A stretch of 64,000 nt of DNA from NCBI GenBank assembly GCA_965220385.1, contig OZ244825.1, positions 2,441,142 to 2,505,141 of the forward strand, in the 5' to 3' direction. The notes beneath the pieces are model-generated. The model did not search any database. It was not told where the DNA came from and saw nothing but the letters and a program-made list of their open reading frames with translations. The position numbers and the translations under genes are program-made. This document shows positions 48,309-57,923 of the stretch, piece after piece. The stretch comes from Candidatus Poribacteria bacterium. Lineage in GTDB: Bacteria > Poribacteria > WGA-4E > PCPOR2b. Each line of letters starts with the position of its first letter. Position 1 is the stretch's first letter.

Positions 48309-49202
48309 TTACTCTTCCCACCGATACATCTTCTTCGGCGTGGTATCCGCCTTCGCTGCATCCCACGCCTCGATCCAAGCCTGATGATCGTGTGTCACAC
48401 ACTCCGGCTGTTCACGGCTACGCACCTTAATCCCAGGCAACGGTCTGCCCCCCGGTTTCCGTGCATCGTGCCAGCGCAGATCTAAACTCCAGCGAACCGC
48501 GTCCGACAGGTTCGGCAGTGAGCCGTGTGGGGTGCGGCAGTGGATGAAGATCACCCCGCCTTTCTTCACCGGTATCGTGACTGGCTCGCCTTCGGGCATT
48601 ACCTCTGGAGCAATCGTCCAGCCGTAGGGACATCTCACATGCCTCCGAATCTCGCCGGAATGCAGTTCTGGATAGAGGTGGATCGTTCCATTTTCTTCGG
48701 TTGCGTCTACAAGAGGAATCCACGTCGTCACAACGAGCGTATCGTCCGCCTCCGGCATTAGCACAGCGGCATCCTGATGGAATGGTGACTGTTGTATCCA
48801 GTTGTCATACCCGTCCCCCATCAGAGGTTCGGGCAATTTTGGTCGCACATGATGCGTTGGATTGCAATAAATCTCTGGTCCGATAATCGGTTCAAGCAAA
48901 TCGAGCAGATTGGTATTATGCAGAAAATCAAAGACCGGACGACGAAGATTCACAGGAAACGACACCTGGCCCTGAAGGGGATCTCCCGATTCCTTCGTCA
49001 GCCAAGCGATGCGCCGGTTAAAGGGTTGGTCCTCATGACGTTCCTGTATTTTTCCATCCGCGTATAACTCCTCAGCGATGGTATCAATAAGCGTCTCAAA
49101 GTCTGCAATCAACGGATTCAGATCATCATTGTCTAACGCGTCTTCTACAACCAGATAACCGTTCGTGTGAAAGGATTCGACCTGTGCTTGTGTAAGTCCC
49201 AT
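48309..49202 (-). CDS. PhyH-family Fe(II)/2OG dioxygenase
   Basis: The start MGLTQAQVESFHTNGY follows a GAGGA RBS. An HQD motif and a distal His are present. Confidence 0.7.
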   Translation of the reverse strand: MGLTQAQVESFHTNGYLVVEDALDNDDLNPLIADFETLIDTIAEELYADGKIQERHEDQPFNRRIAWLTKESGDPLQGQVSFPVNLRRPVFDFLHNTNLLDLLEPIIGPEIYCNPTHHVRPKLPEPLMGDGYDNWIQQSPFHQDAAVLMPEADDTLVVTTWIPLVDATEENGTIHLYPELHSGEIRRHVRCPYGWTIAPEVMPEGEPVTIPVKKGGVIFIHCRTPHGSLPNLSDAVRWSLDLRWHDARKPGGRPLPGIKVRSREQPECVTHDHQAWIEAWDAAKADTTPKKMYRWEE

Positions 49203-49262
49203 TGATAGGTCCTCAATCTGTGATATTTCACTCGTTAATTTAATGAACAAATGAACCAGCTT

Positions 49263-50210
49263 CTATGAACGCACCCCCGATAAAATCGCCTCCGCCAGTT
49301 CCATTGTCTTGATCGCCTCATCCAGATTCGCTGCGGGGAGTGAAACGGGACTGTCTGCTTTGATACAATCGAGGAAGTATCGGTTCTGTTCTTCCGTACC
49401 GCTAGTGCCTCTTCCGCTCAACTCGTGCTGCTGGCCATCGCAGAAAACCGTGCCCTGCGATACTCCTTCGAGATAGGCAGAGATGTCCCGTCCGTGAATC
49501 TCATAACGTTCGAGGCGCGCATCCGTTGTATAGTTAGCAGCAAGATGGGCAACGCAACCGTTCTCGAACAGGATAAGCGCAGCATGGACATCTTTGTACT
49601 CGGAGATTGTACGGCGCACGACGCTATGCACCTCCTCCACTTCTGCTCCTGCCATGGCGCGGACGATATCAAGCGCGTGGATCGGTGTTTCAAGAAACAT
49701 GTTATCCATCAAATGTTCGGGGAAGCGGCTTGATTTTATAAATCCGGTTATGCTCTTGTGGAATTCCCCGACAAGCTGCGTGACAGCGCCGCGCGCTTCA
49801 ACCATCTCTCGCGCTTCGACAATGATGGGGTGGAAGCGACGGTTCCATCCAACCATGCCTTTGGCACCCGTGCGGGCAGCCGCATCGCGCAAAGCGGTGG
49901 TTTCTGCAACACTCATCCCCGGTGGTTTCTCCATCAGCGTGTTGATTCCTCGTTCTAAACAAGGCAACGCCGCCTGTCCGTTGAGATGTGCCGGGGTTGC
50001 AACAAATACCGCATCCAGTGATTCTGCGTCTAACATCTCATCCACGCTCGCATAGCGTCCCGCTATGTTAAATTCTTCGCCTGCGGCATTTCGTGCTGCC
50101 TCGATCGGATCACAAACAGCGACCATCTCTACATCATCAAATTCTTGAAGAACTCGCACATGTCCAAGGCCCCGTCCACCGCAACCAATTAAAGCAATCT
50201 GTAATTCTGA
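49263..50210 (-). CDS. Gfo/Idh/MocA-family NAD(P)-dependent oxidoreductase
   Basis: The N-terminal Rossmann motif IALIGCGGRG and the C-terminal alpha/beta domain are present. The start is MSELQ with a GAGGA RBS. Confidence 0.8.
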   Translation of the reverse strand, partial: SELQIALIGCGGRGLGHVRVLQEFDDVEMVAVCDPIEAARNAAGEEFNIAGRYASVDEMLDAESLDAVFVATPAHLNGQAALPCLERGINTLMEKPPGMSVAETTALRDAAARTGAKGMVGWNRRFHPIIVEAREMVEARGAVTQLVGEFHKSITGFIKSSRFPEHLMDNMFLETPIHALDIVRAMAGAEVEEVHSVVRRTISEYKDVHAALILFENGCVAHLAANYTTDARLERYEIHGRDISAYLEGVSQGTVFCDGQQHELSGRGTSGTEEQNRYFLDCIKADSPVSLPAANLDEAIKTMELAEAILSGVRS

Positions 50211-50320
50211 CATGAATTTTTTCCTCATATTGCACTACAGTTGATCTATCTGCTGTACAAATAACAACGAATGAAAGGATTTTATGGTGAATTTTAAAAA
50301 TAAATAAACAGTTTCACCCG

Positions 50321-50350
50321 CCCGGTAGGTGCGGTTTGTAACCGCACCGG
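50321..50350. repeat. REP-like element, family B variant (CCGGTAGG + hairpin GTGCGGTT-TGT-AACCGCAC)
   Basis: It has the same GTAGG-hairpin layout and lies in the intergenic region upstream of the Gfo/Idh/MocA gene. Confidence 0.45.
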
Positions 50351-50434
50351 TTTGGAGTGTCTCATTAATTCTATAAACTACCATAGTTCAGTACTGAACC
50401 AATAGCCCAATAAAATGAGTGGTTCCCTTCCCCT

Positions 50435-53308
50435 TTACGGCTGAAGCTGTCGTAGGTGCTGTTCCGCATCTGCCTTCCATTCGGCAGGCGGGTCCAGTCC
50501 GAGGAAGCTTTTCCACCGACTAATTGCTTGCTGCCTTTTGCCGGCGTACTCATACATCAAGGCGAGGTTGTAGTTCGCCGTCAGATTCTTTGGGTCCAAC
50601 TGAATCACCATTTCAAAATGCTCTGTTGCTGCACCAAGGCGATCCAGATAGTAGAGGGTGCTTGCATAGTTAATCAGCGTTGTGACATGGTTCGGCTGTA
50701 ACTCTAAGGCTTTCTCCAACACTTCTACAGCACGCCCATAGTCGGTGCTATAACTGCTATAAAGATCGCCGAGCCGCTGATAGGCGACGACAGATTCTGG
50801 GTCGATTTCAAGCTCCTTTTCAAAATAGGCGATCGCTTTCTCGTGCTCGTCTTCCGATTCCGCTATTAGTCCAAGATTAAGATAGATGCCTGCATACACT
50901 TTATTAAACTCAAGTGTTTTCAATAATATCTCTTTGGCTTCCTGATGCTGATCCAGATCCATATAAGTCATGCCGAGGTAGTAATACGCCTCGGAATTGT
51001 TCGGCTCAAGTGTTATTACCCGTTTGAAGTCTTGTGCAATCTGGCCGTGTCGGTAGAGCGTATCACCGATCTGTTTGTAGCGGCGTGTGATTAACCCGCG
51101 AAAGAGGTAGGATGCGGCATAGTCGTCTTTTAGGCTGATGGCCTGGTTATATTCCTCGACCGCCATCCCCGCATAGATATCATAATCATCCAACGTCTCA
51201 GCATAACGGTCCAGCAAACGCGCATAGCGGAAGTGCCAATCGTAATGTCTGTCGTCGTATTGGTTCGCGAGTCCGAAGTGCTTGATAGCCTTTTCGATCT
51301 CCTCGCGTTCTTCAAAAATTGCTCCCAAGGCGTACTGTGCCTGCGGATGATTCGGTTCGAGCTCCAGACCCGGCTCGTACACGCGGATGGCGTTATCTCT
51401 ATCACCTCGTCGCAGATATAACCGTCCAAGGTGAAGGAACGAGTCCGGTCGCGAGGGATCGAGTGTGATTATCGTTTCGTGCTGTGCGATGGCACTATCT
51501 GTATCCCCTTGCGTTTCATACAAGGACGCAATTTGGATGTGTGCATCGAGGTGGTTCGGATCGAGATCAACGGTTGCCAAGAAAGCATTGAGAGCGTCCT
51601 CGGGGCGTTCCAATTCAAGGTGTGAAAGACCGGAAAGGTAGTACGCCTCAATATTCGTTGGATCCAGTGCGGTTAAGCGGGTCAGCATTATCAGCGCGTT
51701 CTGCGTATCACTCTGATCTAAATAAATCTGTGTCGACCGCGTCAGGGCATCCGTACGGTTCGGATCAAGTTCAAGGGTTCGGAGATAAAAGCGCAAAGCC
51801 TCTGCCCCATCCTCGGCTGCTTCGTAACTGCGTGCAAGCAGGTATGTCGCTTCAATATCCTCCGGATAGATGAGAATAAATTTGTTAAATGGCTCAATTG
51901 CGAGATCATATTGCTCGGCATCGAAAGCGGATCTGCCCTGATTGAAGAAATAGCGCTCAAGGTCTGGATCCATCCCAATTGCCCGCAAATAGGACGTTCT
52001 TGCCTTCTCATAATACTCCTGTAGATAGTAAGCGTCCCCTAAAAACCTATAAGTATCCAGCAGGTGCTCCGGTGAAAATTCGACATCGGCGCGGGTTTCA
52101 TCTGAGCCAAGCAACGTTATAACTCTTTCGTAAGATTGGATAGCATCGGCCAAGTTGCCTGCGTCAGCCTGTATTTGAGCGGAGTAGAACGACGCCCGTG
52201 GGTCGTCGGGGAGGACAGCCAGAAACCGCGTAACGATGGACCCCGCTTCATCTCTCCCCATCAATCCAGCATGATAGGGAGCGAGTTGTTCCATGAAGTA
52301 GTTTTTGAGCGAGGTGTCTGCTTCGATCGCCTCTCTATAGCGTGCAACCGCGAGGTCTACCTGCTCGGTGGCGTAATAGAGTTCGCCGAGTTGGAGGAGT
52401 GCGGCGGTGTGGGTCGGGTCAATGCGCTCAATTATGTGTGAAAATATATCTATTGCCCCCTGTTGGTTGCCCTCTTGAGCGAAAATGGTGCCCAATTCAT
52501 ACAGGTCCTCTGCTGTATAAGATTGGTATTGCTTGCCCGTTTCATATTCTCCCCATGCGTGATCAAAGAATCCCTCCTTTGCGAGAACCTGCCCCAATTT
52601 GAAATGGGCATCCGCAAATTTAGGGTTACGATGAATTGCTTCCTCAAACGCTTCCCGGGCAGCGTTGTCATTCCCCTGTTTGAAATGTGCCAACCCGATT
52701 CCGTAGTAGGGACGTGCCCATTTTGAGTTTATTTTCTGAACTGTCTGAAAGGATTCAAGCGCAGCTTCGGGGTTATCCTGCTGGAGGTAGATTTCACCCA
52801 GCCGATAGTGCGCGGGGAAATAGTCGGGATTCAATTTCAAGCACGCCTTCATTTCTTGGGCTGCCAGTGCCAACTTACCCTGTTCTTGATAGATCGCACC
52901 AAGGCTGAAATATGCCTGCGATAGAGCTGGAGCGAGCAAGAGCGCTTGCTGAAATTCGTGCGCAGCCTTTTCGAATAAGACCGCGGTCTGCTTCGTGTCT
53001 ATCCTGCCTTGTATGGCGTAAGCGTAGCCTAAACCGTAATGCAAACCTGCGTTGAGGTGTTCTAAGGCTGCGTCAGCTTCGTAAACGGAGACGAGAACTT
53101 CAAGATGGCCTTCCTCTTTCCACTTGTTAACTAAGTCACGATGTTTTTCGACCTGTTTCTCAGGTTTCTTCTCTCTGAGAACCTTGCGGTAATCTTTTTC
53201 AACTGCTTTACGCTGTTCTTCGTTCCCCACTGTAGTCGTAGGTGTTACGATTAAAGGTATCACGATCAGTAATAGGTATCGAAATAGCGTTGCTTGTAAT
53301 GAATTCAT
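50435..53308 (-). CDS. secreted/membrane-anchored tetratricopeptide-repeat (TPR) protein, 957 aa
   Basis: An N-terminal hydrophobic signal or anchor is followed by more than 25 units of the 34-aa TPR pattern (…AxxYxxLGxxYxxxGxxxxAxxxFxxAL…). Confidence 0.85.
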   Translation of the reverse strand: MNSLQATLFRYLLLIVIPLIVTPTTTVGNEEQRKAVEKDYRKVLREKKPEKQVEKHRDLVNKWKEEGHLEVLVSVYEADAALEHLNAGLHYGLGYAYAIQGRIDTKQTAVLFEKAAHEFQQALLLAPALSQAYFSLGAIYQEQGKLALAAQEMKACLKLNPDYFPAHYRLGEIYLQQDNPEAALESFQTVQKINSKWARPYYGIGLAHFKQGNDNAAREAFEEAIHRNPKFADAHFKLGQVLAKEGFFDHAWGEYETGKQYQSYTAEDLYELGTIFAQEGNQQGAIDIFSHIIERIDPTHTAALLQLGELYYATEQVDLAVARYREAIEADTSLKNYFMEQLAPYHAGLMGRDEAGSIVTRFLAVLPDDPRASFYSAQIQADAGNLADAIQSYERVITLLGSDETRADVEFSPEHLLDTYRFLGDAYYLQEYYEKARTSYLRAIGMDPDLERYFFNQGRSAFDAEQYDLAIEPFNKFILIYPEDIEATYLLARSYEAAEDGAEALRFYLRTLELDPNRTDALTRSTQIYLDQSDTQNALIMLTRLTALDPTNIEAYYLSGLSHLELERPEDALNAFLATVDLDPNHLDAHIQIASLYETQGDTDSAIAQHETIITLDPSRPDSFLHLGRLYLRRGDRDNAIRVYEPGLELEPNHPQAQYALGAIFEEREEIEKAIKHFGLANQYDDRHYDWHFRYARLLDRYAETLDDYDIYAGMAVEEYNQAISLKDDYAASYLFRGLITRRYKQIGDTLYRHGQIAQDFKRVITLEPNNSEAYYYLGMTYMDLDQHQEAKEILLKTLEFNKVYAGIYLNLGLIAESEDEHEKAIAYFEKELEIDPESVVAYQRLGDLYSSYSTDYGRAVEVLEKALELQPNHVTTLINYASTLYYLDRLGAATEHFEMVIQLDPKNLTANYNLALMYEYAGKRQQAISRWKSFLGLDPPAEWKADAEQHLRQLQP

Positions 53309-53353
53309 TTTTCCTACCCTTTCTTATCGTAATAATCTGATCGCACAGAACCG

Positions 53354-54373
53354 CTATCCGCTTTTGCGTCGGTTCAGAGACATCGTAACCGCTAACTTCA
53401 TCGCTGCCTTCATGCTGCTGGGATCTGCCTGGTTTTTTCCCGCAATGTCGAATGCCGTGCCATGGTCGACAGATGTCCTAATGATGGGAAGCCCCAGCGA
53501 GACGTTGATGGTGTTTTCAAAGTCAAGCAGCTTCATGGGTACATGACCTTGATCATGATACATCGCCACCACGAGGTCATACCGACCCCTAACCGCCTGT
53601 ATAAAAATTGTGTCGGCGGGGAACGGTCCTTCGCACATCATCCCCATTTCTTGAGCGGATCGGATGGCGGGAACGATGAAGTCGATATCTTCGCTTCCGA
53701 ATAACCCATTTTCACCAGCATGTGGGTTCAGACCACACACAGCTATTCGTGGTTCGACAAAACCAAGCGACTGGAGCGCTTCATGACCGAGTTGAATAGT
53801 CCGCAGAATTCTGGGAGTGTGTAGCTCACTAGCACTCCGCAAGGAGCAGTGGGTGGAGACATGGATAACCCGTAGGCGGTCGTTGACAAGCAGCATGCGT
53901 GACTCCGTTGCTTTGGACAACTCTGCAATAAATTCTGTATGCCCCGTGAATTTCTGTCCGCTTAAAGACACCGCCTCCTTATTCAACGGGGCAGTTACCA
54001 TCGCGTCCGCCTGACCGTCGAGGCAGAGTTGGGTCGCTGTGCGAACATATTCGAGAGCTGCGCTGCCGCAAGCTGCACTGAGTTTGCCGATCGCGAACTG
54101 GGAAGGTTCAATTTGGTGTACGTCTATTAAGGATAGCTGTGCCGCGCTGTGACCAGACCGCTGTGGGGAATCCCCATCTCGAATGACCCAATCCGGTCGT
54201 TTCAACCCAATCTGCACACCTGCCATCTCCAGAATGGCTGCATCGCCGATGACCGCCCAGCGGGCAGCGTTTAGCAACTCCTGATCTGCCAGTGCTTTAA
54301 GAACAACCTCGGGACCGATACCGGCTGGATCGCCAGTACTGATTGCAATTGTTGGTAATGCGTCGTTTCCCAT
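53354..54373 (-). CDS. pdxA: 4-hydroxythreonine-4-phosphate dehydrogenase family (PdxA/PdxA2)
   Basis: ISTGDPAGIGPEV at the N-terminus and conserved His/Asp metal ligands are present. The length is 339 aa. Confidence 0.8.
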   Translation of the reverse strand: MGNDALPTIAISTGDPAGIGPEVVLKALADQELLNAARWAVIGDAAILEMAGVQIGLKRPDWVIRDGDSPQRSGHSAAQLSLIDVHQIEPSQFAIGKLSAACGSAALEYVRTATQLCLDGQADAMVTAPLNKEAVSLSGQKFTGHTEFIAELSKATESRMLLVNDRLRVIHVSTHCSLRSASELHTPRILRTIQLGHEALQSLGFVEPRIAVCGLNPHAGENGLFGSEDIDFIVPAIRSAQEMGMMCEGPFPADTIFIQAVRGRYDLVVAMYHDQGHVPMKLLDFENTINVSLGLPIIRTSVDHGTAFDIAGKNQADPSSMKAAMKLAVTMSLNRRKSG

Positions 54374-54406
54374 ATTAGAGGGATTCCCCTCTCAGTTTTT
54401 ACCTTG

Positions 54407-55351
54407 TTAGTACCAGCGTGTTTTATCAACTACGTTGATCAACGGTTCTCCGGCGACGAAACGCTTGAGATTCTCACAGAAGAGTTCAAAAACACGATTA
54501 GGTGCTTTCGGAGATTGGCCCGCGTGATGCGGCGTGATGATGACATTTTCCATCTCCCATAACGCGCTTTCCTGCGGAAGCGGTTCCGGATCCAAAGCAT
54601 CAAGCCCCGCTCCGGCGAGTTCGTTGGCTCGCAGTGCATCAACCAGCGCATCTTGGTCAACAATTTTACCCCTTGCAATGTTAATAAGGAATGCGTTAGA
54701 CTTCATCGCCCGAAATTCGGCTGCGCCCATGATGCCTTCCGTTTCGACTGTTAGTGGGCAGCAGATCGCAACCCAATCCGATTGACTTAGCATGTCGTGC
54801 AGCTTATCGGTTTTCCAGAGCGACTCAACGTAATCCGGTTTGTGCGTCGCCGTCGGATCCACCGCAAGGATGCGCATGTCAAACGCGGCTGCCCGTTTAG
54901 CGACCTCTAATCCGATGCTGCCGAGACCGAGGATCCCGATCGTTTCGCCTGCAATTTCAAGCACTGGCATGTTTGCGCGGCTCTCCCATACCTTCTCCAT
55001 CTGCCGCTTAATCGTGATATTTAGCGTTCGCGTGAAAGCAAGGATAAGCGCCATGACATGCTCGGAGATGTTTACGGCTGTTGTGCCGCGTGCGTTTGCA
55101 AGGACGATATCACTATTAATCAACTCAGGGAATCTAAGCCCTTCAACACCGACACTTCCGGTTTGAATCCAGCGGAGTTTTTTTGCACGCCGAATAAGTT
55201 CTGGGGTTGCCCCACCAAAAATAGCGTCCGCCTCCTCGATCTCGCTTTGTAACTCCTCGTCCGTTGCCGGTGTCACGAATTCGGCGTCAGGTGCGATTGC
55301 GCGGGCGGCTGCCAGTTGTTCTTCGCTAAAGCCAGAGGTGATAATTTTCAT
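54407..55351 (-). CDS. D-isomer-specific 2-hydroxyacid dehydrogenase (NAD-binding; PdxB/SerA-like)
   Basis: The Rossmann motif GILGLGSIG and the catalytic triad R…E…H are in D-2-HADH order. The RBS is GAGG. Confidence 0.75.
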   Translation of the reverse strand: MKIITSGFSEEQLAAARAIAPDAEFVTPATDEELQSEIEEADAIFGGATPELIRRAKKLRWIQTGSVGVEGLRFPELINSDIVLANARGTTAVNISEHVMALILAFTRTLNITIKRQMEKVWESRANMPVLEIAGETIGILGLGSIGLEVAKRAAAFDMRILAVDPTATHKPDYVESLWKTDKLHDMLSQSDWVAICCPLTVETEGIMGAAEFRAMKSNAFLINIARGKIVDQDALVDALRANELAGAGLDALDPEPLPQESALWEMENVIITPHHAGQSPKAPNRVFELFCENLKRFVAGEPLINVVDKTRWY

Positions 55352-55421
55352 AGCCTGTTCCTCTCTTTTCTGTATGTTAAAATCCTGTTATTCCCGATAT
55401 GCCCAGTTCATGCTCTCGTGC

Positions 55422-56975
55422 TTAACACGGTTCACCACACCGTTTTGTCGCTTCGGGGACGTTATTCAGTACATCCCCCGCCATTAGTCCGTGCAATCCG
55501 ATCTTTTCAGCAACGAGATCTGCCGCTAATCCGTGGAGGTAGACGCCCAACACGGCAGCATCGAAGCCGGAGATTTTTTGTGCTATCAGTCCTGCGATAA
55601 GGCCTGTGAGCACATCCCCCATTCCACCAGTTGCCATACCGGCGTTGCCTGTGGAATTAATCCACACCTCTCCGTCCTCACGTGCCACAACTGTTGGTGC
55701 CCCTTTGAGGACAAGTGTAACGTTGTGGTCTTGCGCGAATCGTTGGGCAAGACCTATCCTATCCCGTTCCAGTGCTTCGATCGTTCCACCAAGCAGTCTC
55801 GCCATTTCACCCGGATGGGGCGTAAGTACCGTTTGCGGCGATAGCGAGGAAAGGATCTCCTTTGATCTCGCAAGCGCGTTTATACCATCCGCATCGATGA
55901 CGGTTGGGGTATCGCTTTCACGGATCACACTGTGAACGAGTGAAACAGTTTCCGGGTGCTGTGAAAGCCCAGGACCAATCGCGAGCACTGATTTGGTGCG
56001 CTTGATGGCTTCAATGATATCTACCTTTGCTTCCAACGCCAAAGATCCTTCGGCTGTTTCAGGCAGCGGAAGCGTCATCACTTCGGTAAGTTTCACCTCT
56101 AAAATCGGGTTGAGGTTTTTCGGGGTGCCGAGTGTTACTAAGCCAGCGCCAGCGCGCAATGCCCCCGCACTCGTCAAGGCTGCGGCGCCGGTCATACCCA
56201 CCGAGCCAGCGGCGACAAATACGCGACCATAGGTGCCTTTGTGCGAATGGGTTGGGCGTGGCGGTAGAATTCGCGCCGCGTCAGACGGTCGAGTCCAGTT
56301 TATCTGAATATCTTGTGCAGCAATGACACTCGATGGGAAGCCGATGTCGACGACGTCCAGCTTGCCCGTGAGGGCTGCCCCCGGATGAATAAGGTTCCCT
56401 CGTTTAGGAAGTCCCACGGTCACGGTGTGGCTTGCTTGGATGCATGCCCCTTCCGCTATCCCGGTATCCGCCGATAGGCCGGAGGGGAGGTCGATTGCGA
56501 TCACCGGTTTCCCGCTTCGATTGATACACTCAATGACATCGCCAATGAAGTCGTGCACGCCACCTCTTAACCCGGTGCCAAAAATAGAATCTACGATGAG
56601 ATCAGATGATGCAAGCTGGTTTTTCAACCCCTTTAATTCGCCGTCCGACAGGACCGGCGTGATCGGCAATGCCAGATTCTGTGCGATCTGCAGGTTCGTT
56701 AGCGCATCGCCAGCGAAGCTCTCTGGAGGCGAAACGAGAAAAATCTGAATTGGTTGACCCGCGTGTGCAAGTTGTCTTGCAACAACCAATCCATCGCCAC
56801 CGTTGTTTCCTTTGCCCACAACAATCCCGACACGTTGGCATTCAGGAAAGTGTTCACGAAGGATTCGGACAACCTCACTCCCCGCCTGTTCCATTAGCAC
56901 GGCACCCGGGATGCCGATCTGCTCAATGGTCTGCTGATCGATTTGACGCATCTCTTGTGCGGTGACAACTTTCAT
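55422..56975 (-). CDS. nnr: bifunctional NAD(P)H-hydrate repair enzyme (epimerase YjeF_N + ADP-dependent dehydratase)
   Basis: The 517-aa ORF has an N-terminal YjeF_N domain (GKGNNGGDG) and a C-terminal carbohydrate-kinase-like domain (GGMGDVLTG). Confidence 0.85.
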   Translation of the reverse strand: MKVVTAQEMRQIDQQTIEQIGIPGAVLMEQAGSEVVRILREHFPECQRVGIVVGKGNNGGDGLVVARQLAHAGQPIQIFLVSPPESFAGDALTNLQIAQNLALPITPVLSDGELKGLKNQLASSDLIVDSIFGTGLRGGVHDFIGDVIECINRSGKPVIAIDLPSGLSADTGIAEGACIQASHTVTVGLPKRGNLIHPGAALTGKLDVVDIGFPSSVIAAQDIQINWTRPSDAARILPPRPTHSHKGTYGRVFVAAGSVGMTGAAALTSAGALRAGAGLVTLGTPKNLNPILEVKLTEVMTLPLPETAEGSLALEAKVDIIEAIKRTKSVLAIGPGLSQHPETVSLVHSVIRESDTPTVIDADGINALARSKEILSSLSPQTVLTPHPGEMARLLGGTIEALERDRIGLAQRFAQDHNVTLVLKGAPTVVAREDGEVWINSTGNAGMATGGMGDVLTGLIAGLIAQKISGFDAAVLGVYLHGLAADLVAEKIGLHGLMAGDVLNNVPEATKRCGEPC

Positions 56976-56984
56976 CGTTTCTTC

Positions 56985-57707
56985 TCATTTCCACGCAAGT
57001 GCAAGTATATCCATCGATACAGCAACAAGCCAGTGGACTGCTGCGCCGTAGATAAAAGACCGTGTTTCCAGAGCGAGGACCCCAAGCACAATCCCCGTCA
57101 CGATTGACCCCACTGCTTCCGTAAAGGGTTTGGTTGTGTGCTTAAGGACGAACGGGATATTTTGGATCAGAATGCTGTGATTTCCAAACCGTTTCTGCAA
57201 TCCGAAAAGCATAAAACCCCGAAAGAAGAACTCCCAGCAGAACATGTAAACGCCATAGGAAAGTTCGTACGCGATAAACACCTTCCAACTGGTGCCGGCG
57301 GCGTCGGAGAGCGGATATTTCTGCTGGAAAGAGGGGAGAAACTGTAAAGCCAAAGCAATCAGTGGTAGCATGAGCAGCCAGCCACCGAGGACAAACCCCC
57401 AACCCAACCTACCCCCAGTCAAACGGAAACCGTAGTCGCGGATTCTGTCCTTTATGCCCAACTTAATTACAAGGATCGGTAAAAGTAACAGTGTTACCGC
57501 GGGCATCCAGAACCAGTAGAAGTATTTAAGAACCCCCCTGAGTGGATGCTCGAGGAAGAACCTCCCAAAGAGCTGCGTGAAGACCCTTCTGCGTCCGATA
57601 AAATGGTACAGCGTCAGCAACACAGGCGTGCTGAGTAAGACGATGGCTGAGCGCCGGTCCCAGCCGTGTAAGTATTTTTCCCCTTTTTCTTTTATCCAAG
57701 GGCTCAC
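56985..57707 (-). CDS. CPBP-family (CAAX/Abi) intramembrane metalloprotease
   Basis: There are multiple TM helices. WEFFFRG (EExxxR-like) and a later HxxxN/D-like motif (HWLVAVSMD) are present. The start is GTG with a GAGG RBS. Confidence 0.55.
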   Translation of the reverse strand: MSPWIKEKGEKYLHGWDRRSAIVLLSTPVLLTLYHFIGRRRVFTQLFGRFFLEHPLRGVLKYFYWFWMPAVTLLLLPILVIKLGIKDRIRDYGFRLTGGRLGWGFVLGGWLLMLPLIALALQFLPSFQQKYPLSDAAGTSWKVFIAYELSYGVYMFCWEFFFRGFMLFGLQKRFGNHSILIQNIPFVLKHTTKPFTEAVGSIVTGIVLGVLALETRSFIYGAAVHWLVAVSMDILALAWK

Positions 57708-57923
57708 AGGTTGGCCTCGTTTCCTCTCATCTTGACTCCCCGCGTTAGTATAGCATATCTCTCAAGGGCTTTCAACAGGGTATTTGGCGCTTTTCGTATA
57801 ATGATAGGTGCCTCCAACCTGTCATATTCCAATTGATTACCGTTCCATAGTATGATATACTGAATCTCGTCCGGTTCTTATCCTTTCGACCGCCGATAGG
57901 CGGAACTCACAGGAGTCAACTTG

